Of a DNA stretch of 64,000 nt, positions 1 to 11,994 are shown one piece after another (positions within the stretch are counted from its first letter, which is position 1; each line of letters starts with the position of its first letter). Under the pieces are notes generated by a model, which was given only the letters and a program-made list of their open reading frames with translations, was not told the DNA's origin and searched no databases. The translations under genes and the position numbers were made by a program. Source of the stretch: Nymphaea colorata (lineage: Eukaryota); assembly GCF_008831285.2 (NCBI RefSeq), contig NC_045138.2, forward strand, positions 2,666,001 through 2,730,000. The letters run 5' to 3'.

Positions 1-1203
1 CATTCTTATTCATTAGTTGGTTATTTTATTTCAATTTTTTGTCATAGATTTAGAAACACTCATGAGTTCTCTTTCTTAAAATCAGTACCTGACATTTTAG
101 TATGGTAAACATGGACAAACCATATATTACTTTACATTTTGAGGTTAAACTTATATATGTATCTAACTAGATCTCATTTTTGCGCATTGATTGGTTATTT
201 TATTTCATTAATATTTTTGTTGTTGATTTATAACACTTATCAATCTCCATTCTTAAAATCAGTATTTCAATATTTTTGTTACAGATTTCTAAACACTTAT
301 AACTTTCCCCCTTAAAATTAGTTTGTTGACATTTTAGTATGTTTAAGATTTGTACTTATTCTTATGCATTAGTTGGCTGTTTTATTTCAATTTTTTTTGT
401 TACAAATTTATAAACACTTATGAGTTCCTATTCTCAAAGTCAGTACTACTACTGTGACATTTTATTATGGTTAAAAGTTGCATAAAAAAAACCGCTTGAA
501 AGATAACCCGCACATTAATGGATATTTTCGCTTAAGTTTGTACATATATTTAACCAAATTTCAATCTTATGCTATGTTGTCAAGGCACCTAGGCGGGCCT
601 AGGTGAGGCCTAGCGGAAAAGGTGACCATTTTTTTCATTTTATTTTTAGTTATGTTAATATGCCTAGGCATTTTGATTAACTATTACTAATATTTGAAAT
701 GTGGAGAGTACTAATATAACACCCATAAATAACTTAAACAATAAAAAGTTAATTGTTTACTTCATTGAATATGCAAGCAGAAGTTTAACATTACTCATTA
801 AATGTAATTTAATACAAGAAACCAGTAAAAAATCTAAATCTAATCTCTAGAGGAAGGAATGTAAATCCACAAGAAGGCTTTAATCCATATGTACTTAAAG
901 AAAAACATAATGTAATAAAAAAGACTAACAATACCTAATAGTATACATATAAATACACAACAGTAACAATACATGTAAGTGCATAACCACACTAACATAT
1001 ACATATAACAGGTATCACAATACTACGTATTATATAACAGCCTAACAGTATATACATATAATAGGTTGGTGCAATCCTATATAACAGATATAACAGACTG
1101 TATAGTATATACATATAACACGTATTACAATACATATAACAGGAATAACAAATTGTATTACAATACAATTTAACATAATAGTACCTACATATAAATTTAT
1201 AAC

Positions 1204-1239
<36 letters not shown>

Positions 1240-3232
1240 CAGTATGAGGTATTCCAATACTATATAACAGACTAAGTAACTAACAATATATAACAGCATA
1301 ATCAACATAACAATATATACTTAATTAAGAAACCTTAATTGAAAGGAAATGTGATTTGTCACTTTCCCATGGACTAGGCGTGTTGGATCCTAGGCCAGCC
1401 TAGGCTGTTCTTAGGTGCCAGCTTTGGCGCCAACACATTCGCCATTGCCTAAGTGGTGGACTTAGGCGATGGGTGTGGACTCATGCTTAGTCCACGCCTA
1501 GGCTAAGCTTAGGTGAGGCCTTAACAACATAGTTCTTATGTATTGGTCGGCTGTTTATTTCATTAATCTTTTTGTTGTAGATTTATAACACTTTTCAGTT
1601 CCCCTTTCCAAAATCAGTATTTTGATATTTTGTTATGGATTTATAACTGCGTATCAGTTCTCATTGTCAAATTAGTGCATTGACATTTTATTATGTTTAA
1701 GATTTGTAAAACTGTTAGACATGCCACATATTATTCACATTTTGAGGTTAACCTTATATGTTTATCTAACTGCATTTCATTCTTATGCATTGGTTCATTG
1801 TTTTATTTGTACTTTTTGTTATAGATTTACAAAAACTTATCAATTCTCCTTCTTAAATCAACATGCTGACATTTTAGTATTTTTAAGTTTTGCAAAGAGA
1901 CAACCACTTGAAGGACAAACCACATACTAATTTACATTTTTAGGTGAAGCTTATATATTTAATTAACTAGATTTCATTCTTATGTCTTGGTTGGTTATTT
2001 TATTTCACGAATCTTTTTGTTGTTGATTTATAACGCTTATCAGTTTCTCTTGTTCAAATCAGTATGTCAATCTTTTCGTTATAAATTTGCAAACTCTTAT
2101 CAGTTCTCCTTAAAATCAGTTCTTTGACATTGTAGTATGTTTAAAATGTGCATAAAATGACAATTTGATAGAAAAGCCATATATTAATTTACATTTTTAA
2201 GTTAATCATATATATTTATTGAACTAGATTTCATTCTTATGCATTTAATGACTATTTTATTTCAATCTTTTTGTTACAAATTCAGTTCTCTTTCTTAAAC
2301 TTACTAGACATTTTAGTGTGGTTAAGATTTGCATGAAAAGGCCACTTGATGAATAAGTCACATATTAATTTACATTTTCAGGTTAAATTTATTGTTTTAT
2401 CTAATTAGATTTCATTCTTATGCATTGGTTGGTTATTTTATTTCGTTATTCTTGTGTTGTAGAAACACTTATTAGTCTTTTTTTTTTAAGAATCAGTATT
2501 TCAATCTTTTTGTTATATATTGATAAACGCTTATCAGTCCCCTTACTATAAAATTATTTTGCTGACGTTTTGGTATGTTTTAAGATTTAAGCCACATTAG
2601 ATTACATTTTTAAGTTAACCTTATATATTTACTTGACTTGGTTTCATTCTTATGCATTAGCTGATAAGTTTATTTTAATTTTTTTATAAACACTCGTCGG
2701 TTCCCTTTCTTAAAATCAGTACCGAACATTTTTAGTATGGCTAGGTTAGCATAAAACAGGACTTGATGGAAAAGCCACATATTATTTCGCATTTTTTTGT
2801 TAAACTTATATGCATCTAACTAGATCTCATTCTTATGCATTGGTTGGTTATTTTATTTCATTAATCTTCTTCTGGTAAATTTGTAAAGCTTACCAGTCCC
2901 CCTTCTTAAAATGTCAGCGTTTAAATACTTTTGTTATAGATTTATAAACACTTATTAGTTCCTCTTCTTAAAATTAGTTTGTTGACATTTTAGTATGTTT
3001 AAGATTTGTACTCATTTTTATGCATGGTTGGTGGTCTTATTTCAATTTTTTTGTAGCAGTTTACAAACACTTACCAGTTCCCCTTCCTTCTTAAGTCAAT
3101 ACCATGACATTTTAGTATGATTATGAGTTGCGTATATTTTTTGTTGTAAACCACCTTAGTTTACATTTTTGAGTTAACCTTGTACATTTATCTGACTTGG
3201 TTTCATTGCTGTTCATTAGTTGATTATTTTAT
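1..3232. repeat. Degenerate AT-rich tandem array (about 12-13 units of ~175-250 bp, with internal sub-repeats); probably continues left of the window
   Basis: The motif CATTCTTATGCATTGGTTGGTTATTTTATTTCA recurs, with variation, near 1, 175, 357, 565/1533, 1778, 1974, 2232, 2412, 2645, 2828, 3012 and 3204. Most copies are followed by GATTTATAAACACTTATCAGTTC..CTTAAAATCAGT..TGACATTTTAGTATG. Confidence 0.85.
572..1532. mobile_element. Non-autonomous hAT-like DNA transposon (961 bp) inserted in the tandem array
   Basis: 15-bp TIRs CTATGTTGTCAAGGC / GCCTTAACAACATAG (1 mismatch). 8-bp TSD ATCTTATG (564-571) / TTCTTATG (1533-1540). CCTAGG-rich subterminal repeats at both ends; no coding capacity. Confidence 0.85.
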
Positions 3233-3433
3233 CTCAATCCTTTGGAGTGCATTTGATCCGCGAATATATGCATAAATCCATCTGACTCGTGTTCGCCGAA
3301 TGTAGGAGGTAAAATCTCATCTGCGACTTGATCTGGATATTCTTATGTATATCCAACATTTGTATCCGAGCACGATTTCTTGTTTGGTGCAACTGGCCTT
3401 TTCCAAGGTACGAGAATTTATTTGCACTTTTAA

Positions 3434-3464
<31 letters not shown>

Positions 3465-4063
3465 TGTTGTTTTCCCCTCTTTATGATAGCCGGAACATCC
3501 GCAACACATTGGGATGCACTAATTTGCCTAGGTTCCACTTCCAGAAACTAGGTTGGATAAAATCGAGGCTAGCCTAGCCACCTGCATGCCCAGGTGCATT
3601 ACACTGTTAGAGAACGTGTTCCTTCGTGCTTGTGAGGGCGAAGTCTGGGGTTATTTTTCATTAGTAGCATCCAATGTCGAGTTGAGGATAGGTCACGCCA
3701 ATGCCACCCAGAGCAGGTGGGGAGGAAAGGGAGATAACCGAAGAAGCTGAAGTTGCATTATAAATAAAGTTTCAGACAGTAAGCAAAAAATGACGTACAG
3801 AAGGCCATAATTTAATATGTTTACGATTACTTACGCCGGGAGATTAAATATGTCCAAGACTAAGGAGATGAATCAAATCTGGGCACAACGAGAACCATGT
3901 GCAATGAGAATGATCAAAATAGATTAATTACATTGTCCTTTGCATGTTAAAAACAACTCCGTTACAGGGGCCACCTAATTTAATTGCTTCTATTGAAAAT
4001 CTAAAGGAGTGAAGCATTATATAGATATGATCGATCTCTGCCTTTTCATGTGTAAATGAGAGA

Positions 4064-4402
4064 TGTTGGATATGGATTTGGGTCTGCCCATGTCGAGCAT
4101 GACTTCGTATGCCCCCATGAATGGGAGAAATTTTAACCCCCTATAAAGATGATAGCAAAGGTTGAGGAGACAGGGAAACGCGCCATCATCCTCTGCCTAC
4201 AACTTGGGAGTTTGAGAGAGGATTAAGTGTATGTGGTCTCTAACCTCTCTCATAAGATCTCCATCTCATATACTCTCTTGACGATTCAAATACTGTAATT
4301 TGTTCGTAAATGGCCTCGCGGGCACTGTGATCAGGAAGAACACTCAAAGCATGAGTCGTGAATAAGTAGGTCTATCTCTAGTGATTATTGTTTGACCCAA
4401 CA
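4064..4402. mobile_element. Possible solo LTR remnant
   Basis: Starts TGTTGG and ends CCAACA (inverted TG..CA termini), ~340 bp, with an internal CTATAAA near 4141. The flanking 5-mers do not match, so there is no TSD. Confidence 0.4.
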
Positions 4403-4433
4403 AATCGTTTCACTTATAAAATAGCAACATTTG

Positions 4434-4740
4434 GAGGTCATTTGGCAGTAGGAGCACTGTGAGTGCCTCATGAATTTGCTGTAAAGATTGAAGTAGATTC
4501 ACATAATATTTGTTTTAGTGTTTCACGAAGTTACCCATGCTTTCGAGTATATTCATTGGACACTCACTGAGTGTTTCTTCTGCCAAACAGGTCATTGGGT
4601 AACAGTAACAGTAACGAGTTGTTATCATCCTATGAATCTGCCCCAAAAAATTGGGTCAATTTATTAAAATATTTTAGAATCAATTTTTTTGGGCAAATTC
4701 ATGAAATAGTAACAATTTGTTACAGTTTCCAAACACTCTT
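4434..4740. mobile_element. Two adjacent Tourist/PIF-like fold-back MITEs
   Basis: The first (~4434-4593) has arms TTTGGCAGTAGGAGCACTGTGAGTG / CACTCACTGAGTGTTTCTTCTGCCAAA. The second (~4590-4740) runs from TTGGGTAACAGTAAC to GTTACAGTTTCCAAAC and resembles the element at 38978. Confidence 0.6.
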
Positions 4741-5658
4741 TAGAAATGTCAATAAAATGAATTTGTATTCGGTATCTGACCGAACCATTCCACAAACATT
4801 GTATATGAAAAAAAAATTAATATCTGATTAAGAAATTGGATTGGATTCAGATTTATGAAATGACATTGATTGGATTTAGATTCAAATATACATAAATATA
4901 TTAATAGTTCTCTTGTAAATGCAATTTGAAGCATTGCATCTTCATGTTAATTCATCTTTTTATAATCTATAGTAACTTCTCTTCTTTTGTCCCAACTGGC
5001 ATTGCAGTAGGGCTTATGCAGTATGCAATTATATGCTTTTTAATATGTAAATTGGATTTTTTGCTTCAACATGTGTTTACATGAACTTGCTGTGATGTAT
5101 ATCAAAATGTGGTTAAGCTTTCCTTTTAATACCAACTGAGGTTGTCAACTGGATGCTCGTGACACTTTGGTTTCATATGAGCGAAGGAGAGAGAGAGAGA
5201 CATGCTCGTGCATGTCGTTCAATCACCTCAATTGGCTTACGTTGAAAAGCTGACCCACTAATGGGAGACACTAACTGCAAGAAAAAAGACAGCGAAAATC
5301 TCAGCAAAGATCTGTTGGTGTCCCCTATTTTCTCGAACACAGGAATTGGTGTAGTTTGGTGAAAAACAGCAAGTACTGTGTGGACTTCTCTTGATCCATC
5401 TCCTCCCTCTTTCGTACTGCTTGATCCTTCACCTATATTACTCCTACCTGTTTCATTTTAAACTTACAAAAAACCATGTTGGCTTCGCTGGTGGTGGGAC
5501 CTTATGAGCATCCAAAGACAAGAATAAGAATCCATATGGATGTGAATCATGCATCTTATCAAGTCTCATCATGCTGTAGCCCTTGGTGAAGGGAAAGAGG
5601 TTGAAAATTTTATCAACATCTCACTAAAATATTCTTTATTTTGGGAAAAGATAGCAAC

Positions 5659-5710
<52 letters not shown>

Positions 5711-7036
5711 TTATAAAGGACCAAATGATATTTTCTCTTTCTTTTTGGAACATTAGTGTTTACATCCGGCTTTTTCTGCCACCAATGTCATTAGTGGCCA
5801 TGCCATTATACTTGCCAATTTTTGGAGATGAACCTAAGTTTTTAAAACCATTGCAAAATGTAGATTGCCAATTTTATATGCATAAATCAAGATTGAAATC
5901 CTGGATCAAAATATTGAAGCAAATAATAATAACATCAACAACAACTGGATGTACTAGCAAGAATAGAACTGCTTTATTTTGCGTTGGATTGAATAAGCTT
6001 CTTCTTAGTTCCTATGTCCATGGAAAATTGAGAAACTAGCACTGCATAAAGGAGTAACCCTTAAATCTTAACCGTCGTCTGAAAATTCATAGATCACATC
6101 AAACTTAAGCCTCTCTTAGGAACTAGAAACGAAAGGCGGATTCATGAATAAAAACATCTACCATAGATCAATGCTGGAGGTGGTTTACGTGTAGGTAATA
6201 AATAAATGTTAAAAGAAAAGGCATCTTTGTGACCACTATGATTCTGCAGTTCCACGTGAATAAATAAAATACTGAAAGAGCTTGTGAAACTGAAACACGA
6301 GTAATAATCATATCCGAAGTCTTGGGGAGTCGACTATTAAATGGTTCTTCTTTGTCTCCGTCACTCTCCAGCTGGCTTGCCAAAGTAGGTCAGGTATGTC
6401 CAGTCAATTAATAAACGAGGTTGAGTGCAAAACAAAGGATGGCCCTCATCCTTAACCCTAGTTGCCCAGTTGTGGAACTGTTGCATGAAGAAGAGGATCA
6501 AATGGGGCCTTAGCCCTAAATAGCCAAATACAACCATCACTTCATTTGCCATTTTAGCAGCAGGAAACAGGGTTGCCTGAGTTGCTGTTTTCAGCATCAA
6601 ACATGGGTACCTTACCTAACATCTTTTCTCCTGCACCTTCTCTTTTTCCTCCACTTTCTATACTTGCTTCAGAGTGTGCCTTTTCTTGAAAAGGAAAAGG
6701 CTGTCACGTTGGTTATTGCTTCGCGTGCCTCTATTTCAGTCTTCTGAGAATGATAGGTGTTGAAACTTTTCTTTGTTTCTCCTTTTTGAAGCTATCATAG
6801 GTTATCTGAAAGAATCTTACCGCTCGGGAGATGTAAAACAAAGCATCCGGCCCAGATTATCTAGTGTTGTATTTGTTCAAGGATAAGACTCCTTGAACTC
6901 AAAGTGCCTTCACCATACTCTTGTATCGATCTCTCCTGCTAAGAGCCACAGTACGTAAGATTTGAACCAATACCATCTACAGGATATGGCCCCTCTCAAA
7001 CTGTTAGTGCTATCTCAAAGAATCATCACCTGGTGT

Positions 7037-7037
<1 letters not shown>

Positions 7038-7105
<68 letters not shown>
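7038..7105. repeat. Compound (CT)n(CA)n microsatellite
   Basis: Read directly from the sequence. Confidence 0.95.
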
Positions 7106-7107
<2 letters not shown>

Positions 7108-9848
7108 ACCCCAAAAGTAAGAGAGTAAAATTTATAACACCTTAAGTAGAATGACTTGAGAATAGTTTTACATATGGAACTTTTTTGTTTACAAGTATTT
7201 ATGAATTTATGTACATGTGCAAAATTCTCCTAATGGTGTCAATTTATTGTTTTTGTAAGAAGTGAATTGAAATTGATTAGGGGGCAGGTTGGGGCATGCT
7301 TTAATTTGATGTGCACATGAGTCTCCTTTGAGCCGCATCAACAACTTGTTATCTTGCATGGTGGTAAAGCAACATTCTAATTGACAAGGTGTACCATAGT
7401 CCACATAGGTCTCACAGCAGTCTTAGATCTCAGGGGTGGGGTGGAGGAAGAAAGGGGCTTAGACTCCTGCGTGGAGTGGTATGGCATGTTGTTCCTACAA
7501 CATCCCAAAATATCAGTTCGCCCAACAAAAAGGAGTAATTATAAATGCAAATGTGGGCTTTCACTTATAAGTTCTGAACACTTTCAATGATTGCATTTTG
7601 TCGTGAAGATGCAAACTGAAGGTTTCGATTTTTTATAGTCTTACATTACAAAGTTTTTAAAGACTTCTGATCACGAGCATTTCAAACTCTAATCGAAATC
7701 TAACATTTGATCATACATGGGTGAAACTATGCTTATTGTCATACATAAGTACAATCATATTGATGTTCATGAGGATTCATGTCAATCACAGTCAGCATGA
7801 TATCAACCATCGTACCTTTGATCGGAAATAAGATATAGAGGTTTATTATGTGTTGCTAACAACGTGAAATAAGCTATTGAAACCGGGAACCATGTCAACA
7901 ATTAAAATTTGTAAAGAATTGCTTTATGATTAGAAATAGTACAATTTCAGCAACACATAAGATTTTGGCACAGTCAGAAACACGACGGAAGCTGTTTTTA
8001 TTGTTTATTCGTACACATCTAACTTGCCTGAGTTTAATCTCTGTTATCGCTTACCCTTGCTACATAAATGTTAAAGTCACCAGGTATTGTCTCAGAATAA
8101 ATTAACATGTTGATTTGATACTGACCCCACTTAACTATATGCTGACATAGTCAACTTTGTACAACCAATTCAATCTTTTCTCTAACTATATCCACAGCTG
8201 TTGAGCACATCTTTTGAGAATGTTAATTAGAAAACTAAGGGCCATTTGCTGAAGAACCTCATATGCATGCTTATAAACTATTGCCAAACCTTGGTGTTTT
8301 TATAAGTTAGCCAAGTAATTGATCTCACATACTTCACGTATAAACAATACAAAGCATGTATAAAATGAAGAAATTAAACCAGTTGTACAGGACAAGGTAC
8401 CAATTTTGATTTTTAAATAAGAAAGATACTTGTATCTGTAGAAAATTTTCTAGAGCAAATATGGTGGTCACAAATTTGATTCTGTGAGCATGTATAACCC
8501 TCTAAGGTATATTTAATCAATTATCATTGCAATTATTTAACCCCAAGTTGTATCCAAAGCATGTATAAAATGAAAATTTTCCAAAACAGTTGTACAGACA
8601 GAAAATTTTGATCTCAAAGGTCTCAAATTAAAAAATAGGTAGGTAAATTTAATAAAAATACCAAGTAATGGCAGAATATATTAATAGAAAGATACTTGTA
8701 TCCAAAGCATGTATAAAATGAAGAACCTCATATGCATTGTTTAACCCCCAAGGAATTTACCTACGCCAGTACTTGGTATTCTTTAATTTGAGACCTTTGA
8801 GATCAGGTCTCAGGCGTGAGATCTCTTACCAATCAAATTTATTCTGCCATTTCTTTGGGGTTGATTCTTCTTTACGTATTTTTATTATTCACATGTTTTC
8901 TGGAACCCTGGTCCCGTGGCTGCTGCACAGCTCCTTGTTTATGTCCCAGCTATAAATGTCTAGAACCGGTTCTTCTGATCATTGCAATTATTTTCCCCTT
9001 TGGACTGACAGCAATAGAATCACTTGGGCAGTTTGTCCAGATAGTGAACTGGTATGTGGTTGGACAACCTGTCCCTCTCTTTATTTATTTATTTTTTTTA
9101 TGGCATTGAAGGTTCACGGGACGTGCCGTTTTGGCTGCATGTCCTTGGGTGCACAAATTGGACACACACTGCCACGATCCATCCGTGTGGAATTTCATAA
9201 TGCATTTTTTTAATAAATTTCTGTACTTGCTAATAAATTATACAGCATTGTATTTTTGTAGTTTTTTGAAAGTTGTCTTTTATCAATTAAATTCATTGCT
9301 TGCTTGCTCTTCTCCTTTGCGTGCATCTACCGTGCTGTATACGATATCCTGTTGGACATACGGTTTTTTTTTTTTAAAAAAAAGTCACTCAGAAAAACTA
9401 TACGACACCTTCATAACTACTCTCCAATTAAAGGTTTTATTTTTTATGCTTAAATTGGGCAAACATAAAAATAAAGCCATATATATATATATAATAAATT
9501 ATAGTCATGCTTTACGAAATGAGACTTTTAATATACACTGAAGAATAAATAAAATGAAGCAAGTCATTCTTGTTCTTTTATCTCCCTCTTGGATTGGTGT
9601 AATGGAGTTGAGTAAAACTCCTCCACATTAAATTCTCAATGATTAATTCTCTATGTTTTAAATGAAGGTCACCGACTTACAAGTTGAAGCATAGTAAGGG
9701 CAGCATCTCAAGGCACCAATACAAGCCTTGTATCTTATGGGATGAGAGGTTGGGTGAGTGACTTCAGCCTTTTTTCTTTTTTTTTTACTTTTGGATGGTT
9801 ATTTTAAAAGGGTTATGTTAGAACTCATTATTGCTTAAGTCTAGCAGG

Positions 9849-9980
9849 TAGGGGCGGAAGGAGGGGGGCCGCCTAGGCCATGGCTCCATCCTAACCAATG
9901 AAAAAAAAAATACATTAAAAAAAATTAAAAAAAAAATTAATTGTACCATGTATTTTTTAGATTTGAATTTAATTTAGCCC
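9849..9980. mobile_element. Truncated copy of the GC-rich-ended hAT-type MITE seen intact at 32496
   Basis: AGGGGCGGAAGGAGGGGGGCCGCCTAGGCCATGGC closely matches the 5' end of the 32496 element. The right boundary is uncertain. Confidence 0.55.
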
Positions 9981-10552
9981 TATCTAGATTCAAAAATTAA
10001 AGTGTTGGTTTTCACCCGTGTTGATGGAAGAGGCAAAGCGATGGCAGGCTCTTTTTTTATTTCATTAAAAAGAAAGAGGCAGCCTAACAAAAATTGAGTT
10101 GCTTTGGTACCAACAAACAAACATGGCACGATCCATATGTAAATGTTGGGGAGCCTACTCAATTAGGTATGATTTTACCTATCCTAGCGTGGCAGAGATA
10201 CAATCAAACACAGTTGGCGAATAGCACGTCTTGTCTTATACAATTAAAATATTATAATTCTACCGAAAATAAATACATCTAATAGTGCAATGAGAGTCAT
10301 GCAAGCGTATTTGTTAATAACACGTACTATATGCGATGTCTCCCCAATTCATACATATATATATATATATATATATATTTATTTATTTATGGTGAGTCAC
10401 CGATTCATACACATTGATGGTTTTTAAGAAAACATGCAAATAATATAAAAAGTAATGTTAGATAATAAACATCATCATTTTTTTTTTCTTAACGGTTTGT
10501 TTTGATATGATAGGTTGAACGACTAGGATCAAATGACAAAAGTTAAGTCATC

Positions 10553-10606
<54 letters not shown>

Positions 10607-11619
10607 GAGCAAGTGGCGTATAACTGAAACCAGTACGATAACGGCGGACCGTCCATCGGGCAGCGTTTGATGGTGTGGATTTGCCGTCGGCCAAAGGTGG
10701 GCCTCGGCTCGTTCCTCTGCCAATCCCGTGAAATCATGTCGTGTGTCCATACCCTGAACGATTTAAAAGAGAAGCCGGAAAAAAACATAAAATAAAATCC
10801 CGTTCGCGGACACCACGATCTCCGTATGCCTCCTCTTTCCACGGCTCCGTGGGCCCCGCAAGTCAACATCACCACAATTTAAATGAGATCGACAGCGTGC
10901 GACCTTTCATCTGTCAGATGGACCGTCCAGAACGCCCCACTATCGTCGTTCCGAAAACAATAGCGTAGTGTGCGAGTTCGGCTTAACACCTAGAAAAGAC
11001 TAAAAAGCCCCTATAGTTGCCTGCCTGACGGGGATAAAGACGTGGATGTTAATGTCATTTTGGGTCGAGACGGTGGTCGATACCCCGCTGTGCCCTTGGA
11101 AGGGGACCGCAACATCGACGGGCGATCTGTGGGTCCCCACTCTGAAGAGGAAGACAAAAGGCCTCTACCGCTCGCACGGGGGATGGATGCCCTCATCGGC
11201 TGCCACGTTTTGAGATCGACGGCTCTGATGAGGGAAGATTTTTTCCCGTCTGGTGTGGGAAAATTATATTATCACCCATATGTTCATCGGAATCTAGGCC
11301 GCCGATGCAGGGGTAGTTTTGGAATTGTATTGAGAATTTGAGGCCGCTGTTACTTGCGAGGAAAACGTTTCGCCCGGTGTTCCTCAAGCGACAAATCCCA
11401 TAACAAACGGAAAATAATATTAATATGCTTTTATAAGTGAAAAAGGAAGCATTCTTAGCTTGTGTTCACCTTGTTTAACGTGATGTTTTTTATTAAAACA
11501 ATTTTATTTGTTGTCTTTATGCTTTTAATTAAGAAGGTCCACTTACTTAACAGGAGCACGCCAAGTTTAGGTTGTGGATGAATGAGACGTACATTAGTCA
11601 ACATTGTGTCTAGCGATGA

Positions 11620-11994
11620 ACAACTCGACTCTTTAAAGCTCGGCCCGTGAACGAGTTTAAGCTGAGTCATTTGCTTAATGAGTCGAGCTCGAGTTCGTGA
11701 GTCGGCTCGTTCAAATATTCGAGTTGAGTTCGAGCTCAACATGTAATTACCGAGTCGAGCTCAAGCCTTGATCGACTTTGTCCAGCCTTAATCAAGTTGA
11801 TAGAACTCAATACGTAACGATGAATATCAATTCTATTCAAATGAGTTTGTCGAGTCTTAATCGACTCGAGCTCGAGCTCAACACGTAACTACCAGTCGAG
11901 CTCTAGTTGCTTCTGTCGAGCTATTTTTAAGTTCAAGTCGAGTCAAACTCCACGTTTCATTAGTCAAGCCGAGCTGGGTTAGTGTTCACCCCTA
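11620..11994. mobile_element. GAGCTCGAG-rich non-autonomous hAT-like element remnant; related sequence at ~46700-47055 and ~57470-57742
   Basis: Many TCGAGCTC subterminal motifs, ending GTTCACCCCTA. Similar ends are TGAACAACCCTA (~46889) and TGCAGCCCTA (~57742). Confidence 0.55.

Noticed and set aside
1042..1308. ORFs with YIYIYI runs (also near 5641, 10529, 45513 and 55817)
   Set aside because: They are artefacts of (TA)n microsatellites and low-complexity DNA.
6168..6860. Exon-like purine-rich stretches and GTAAG donors on the - strand
   Set aside because: No frame-consistent or recognisable protein could be assembled. A BLASTX search would be needed to rule out a decayed gene.
8737..9213. 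Cys-rich short ORFs
   Set aside because: They have non-ATG starts, no recognisable family motif, and overlap the rearranged patchwork.
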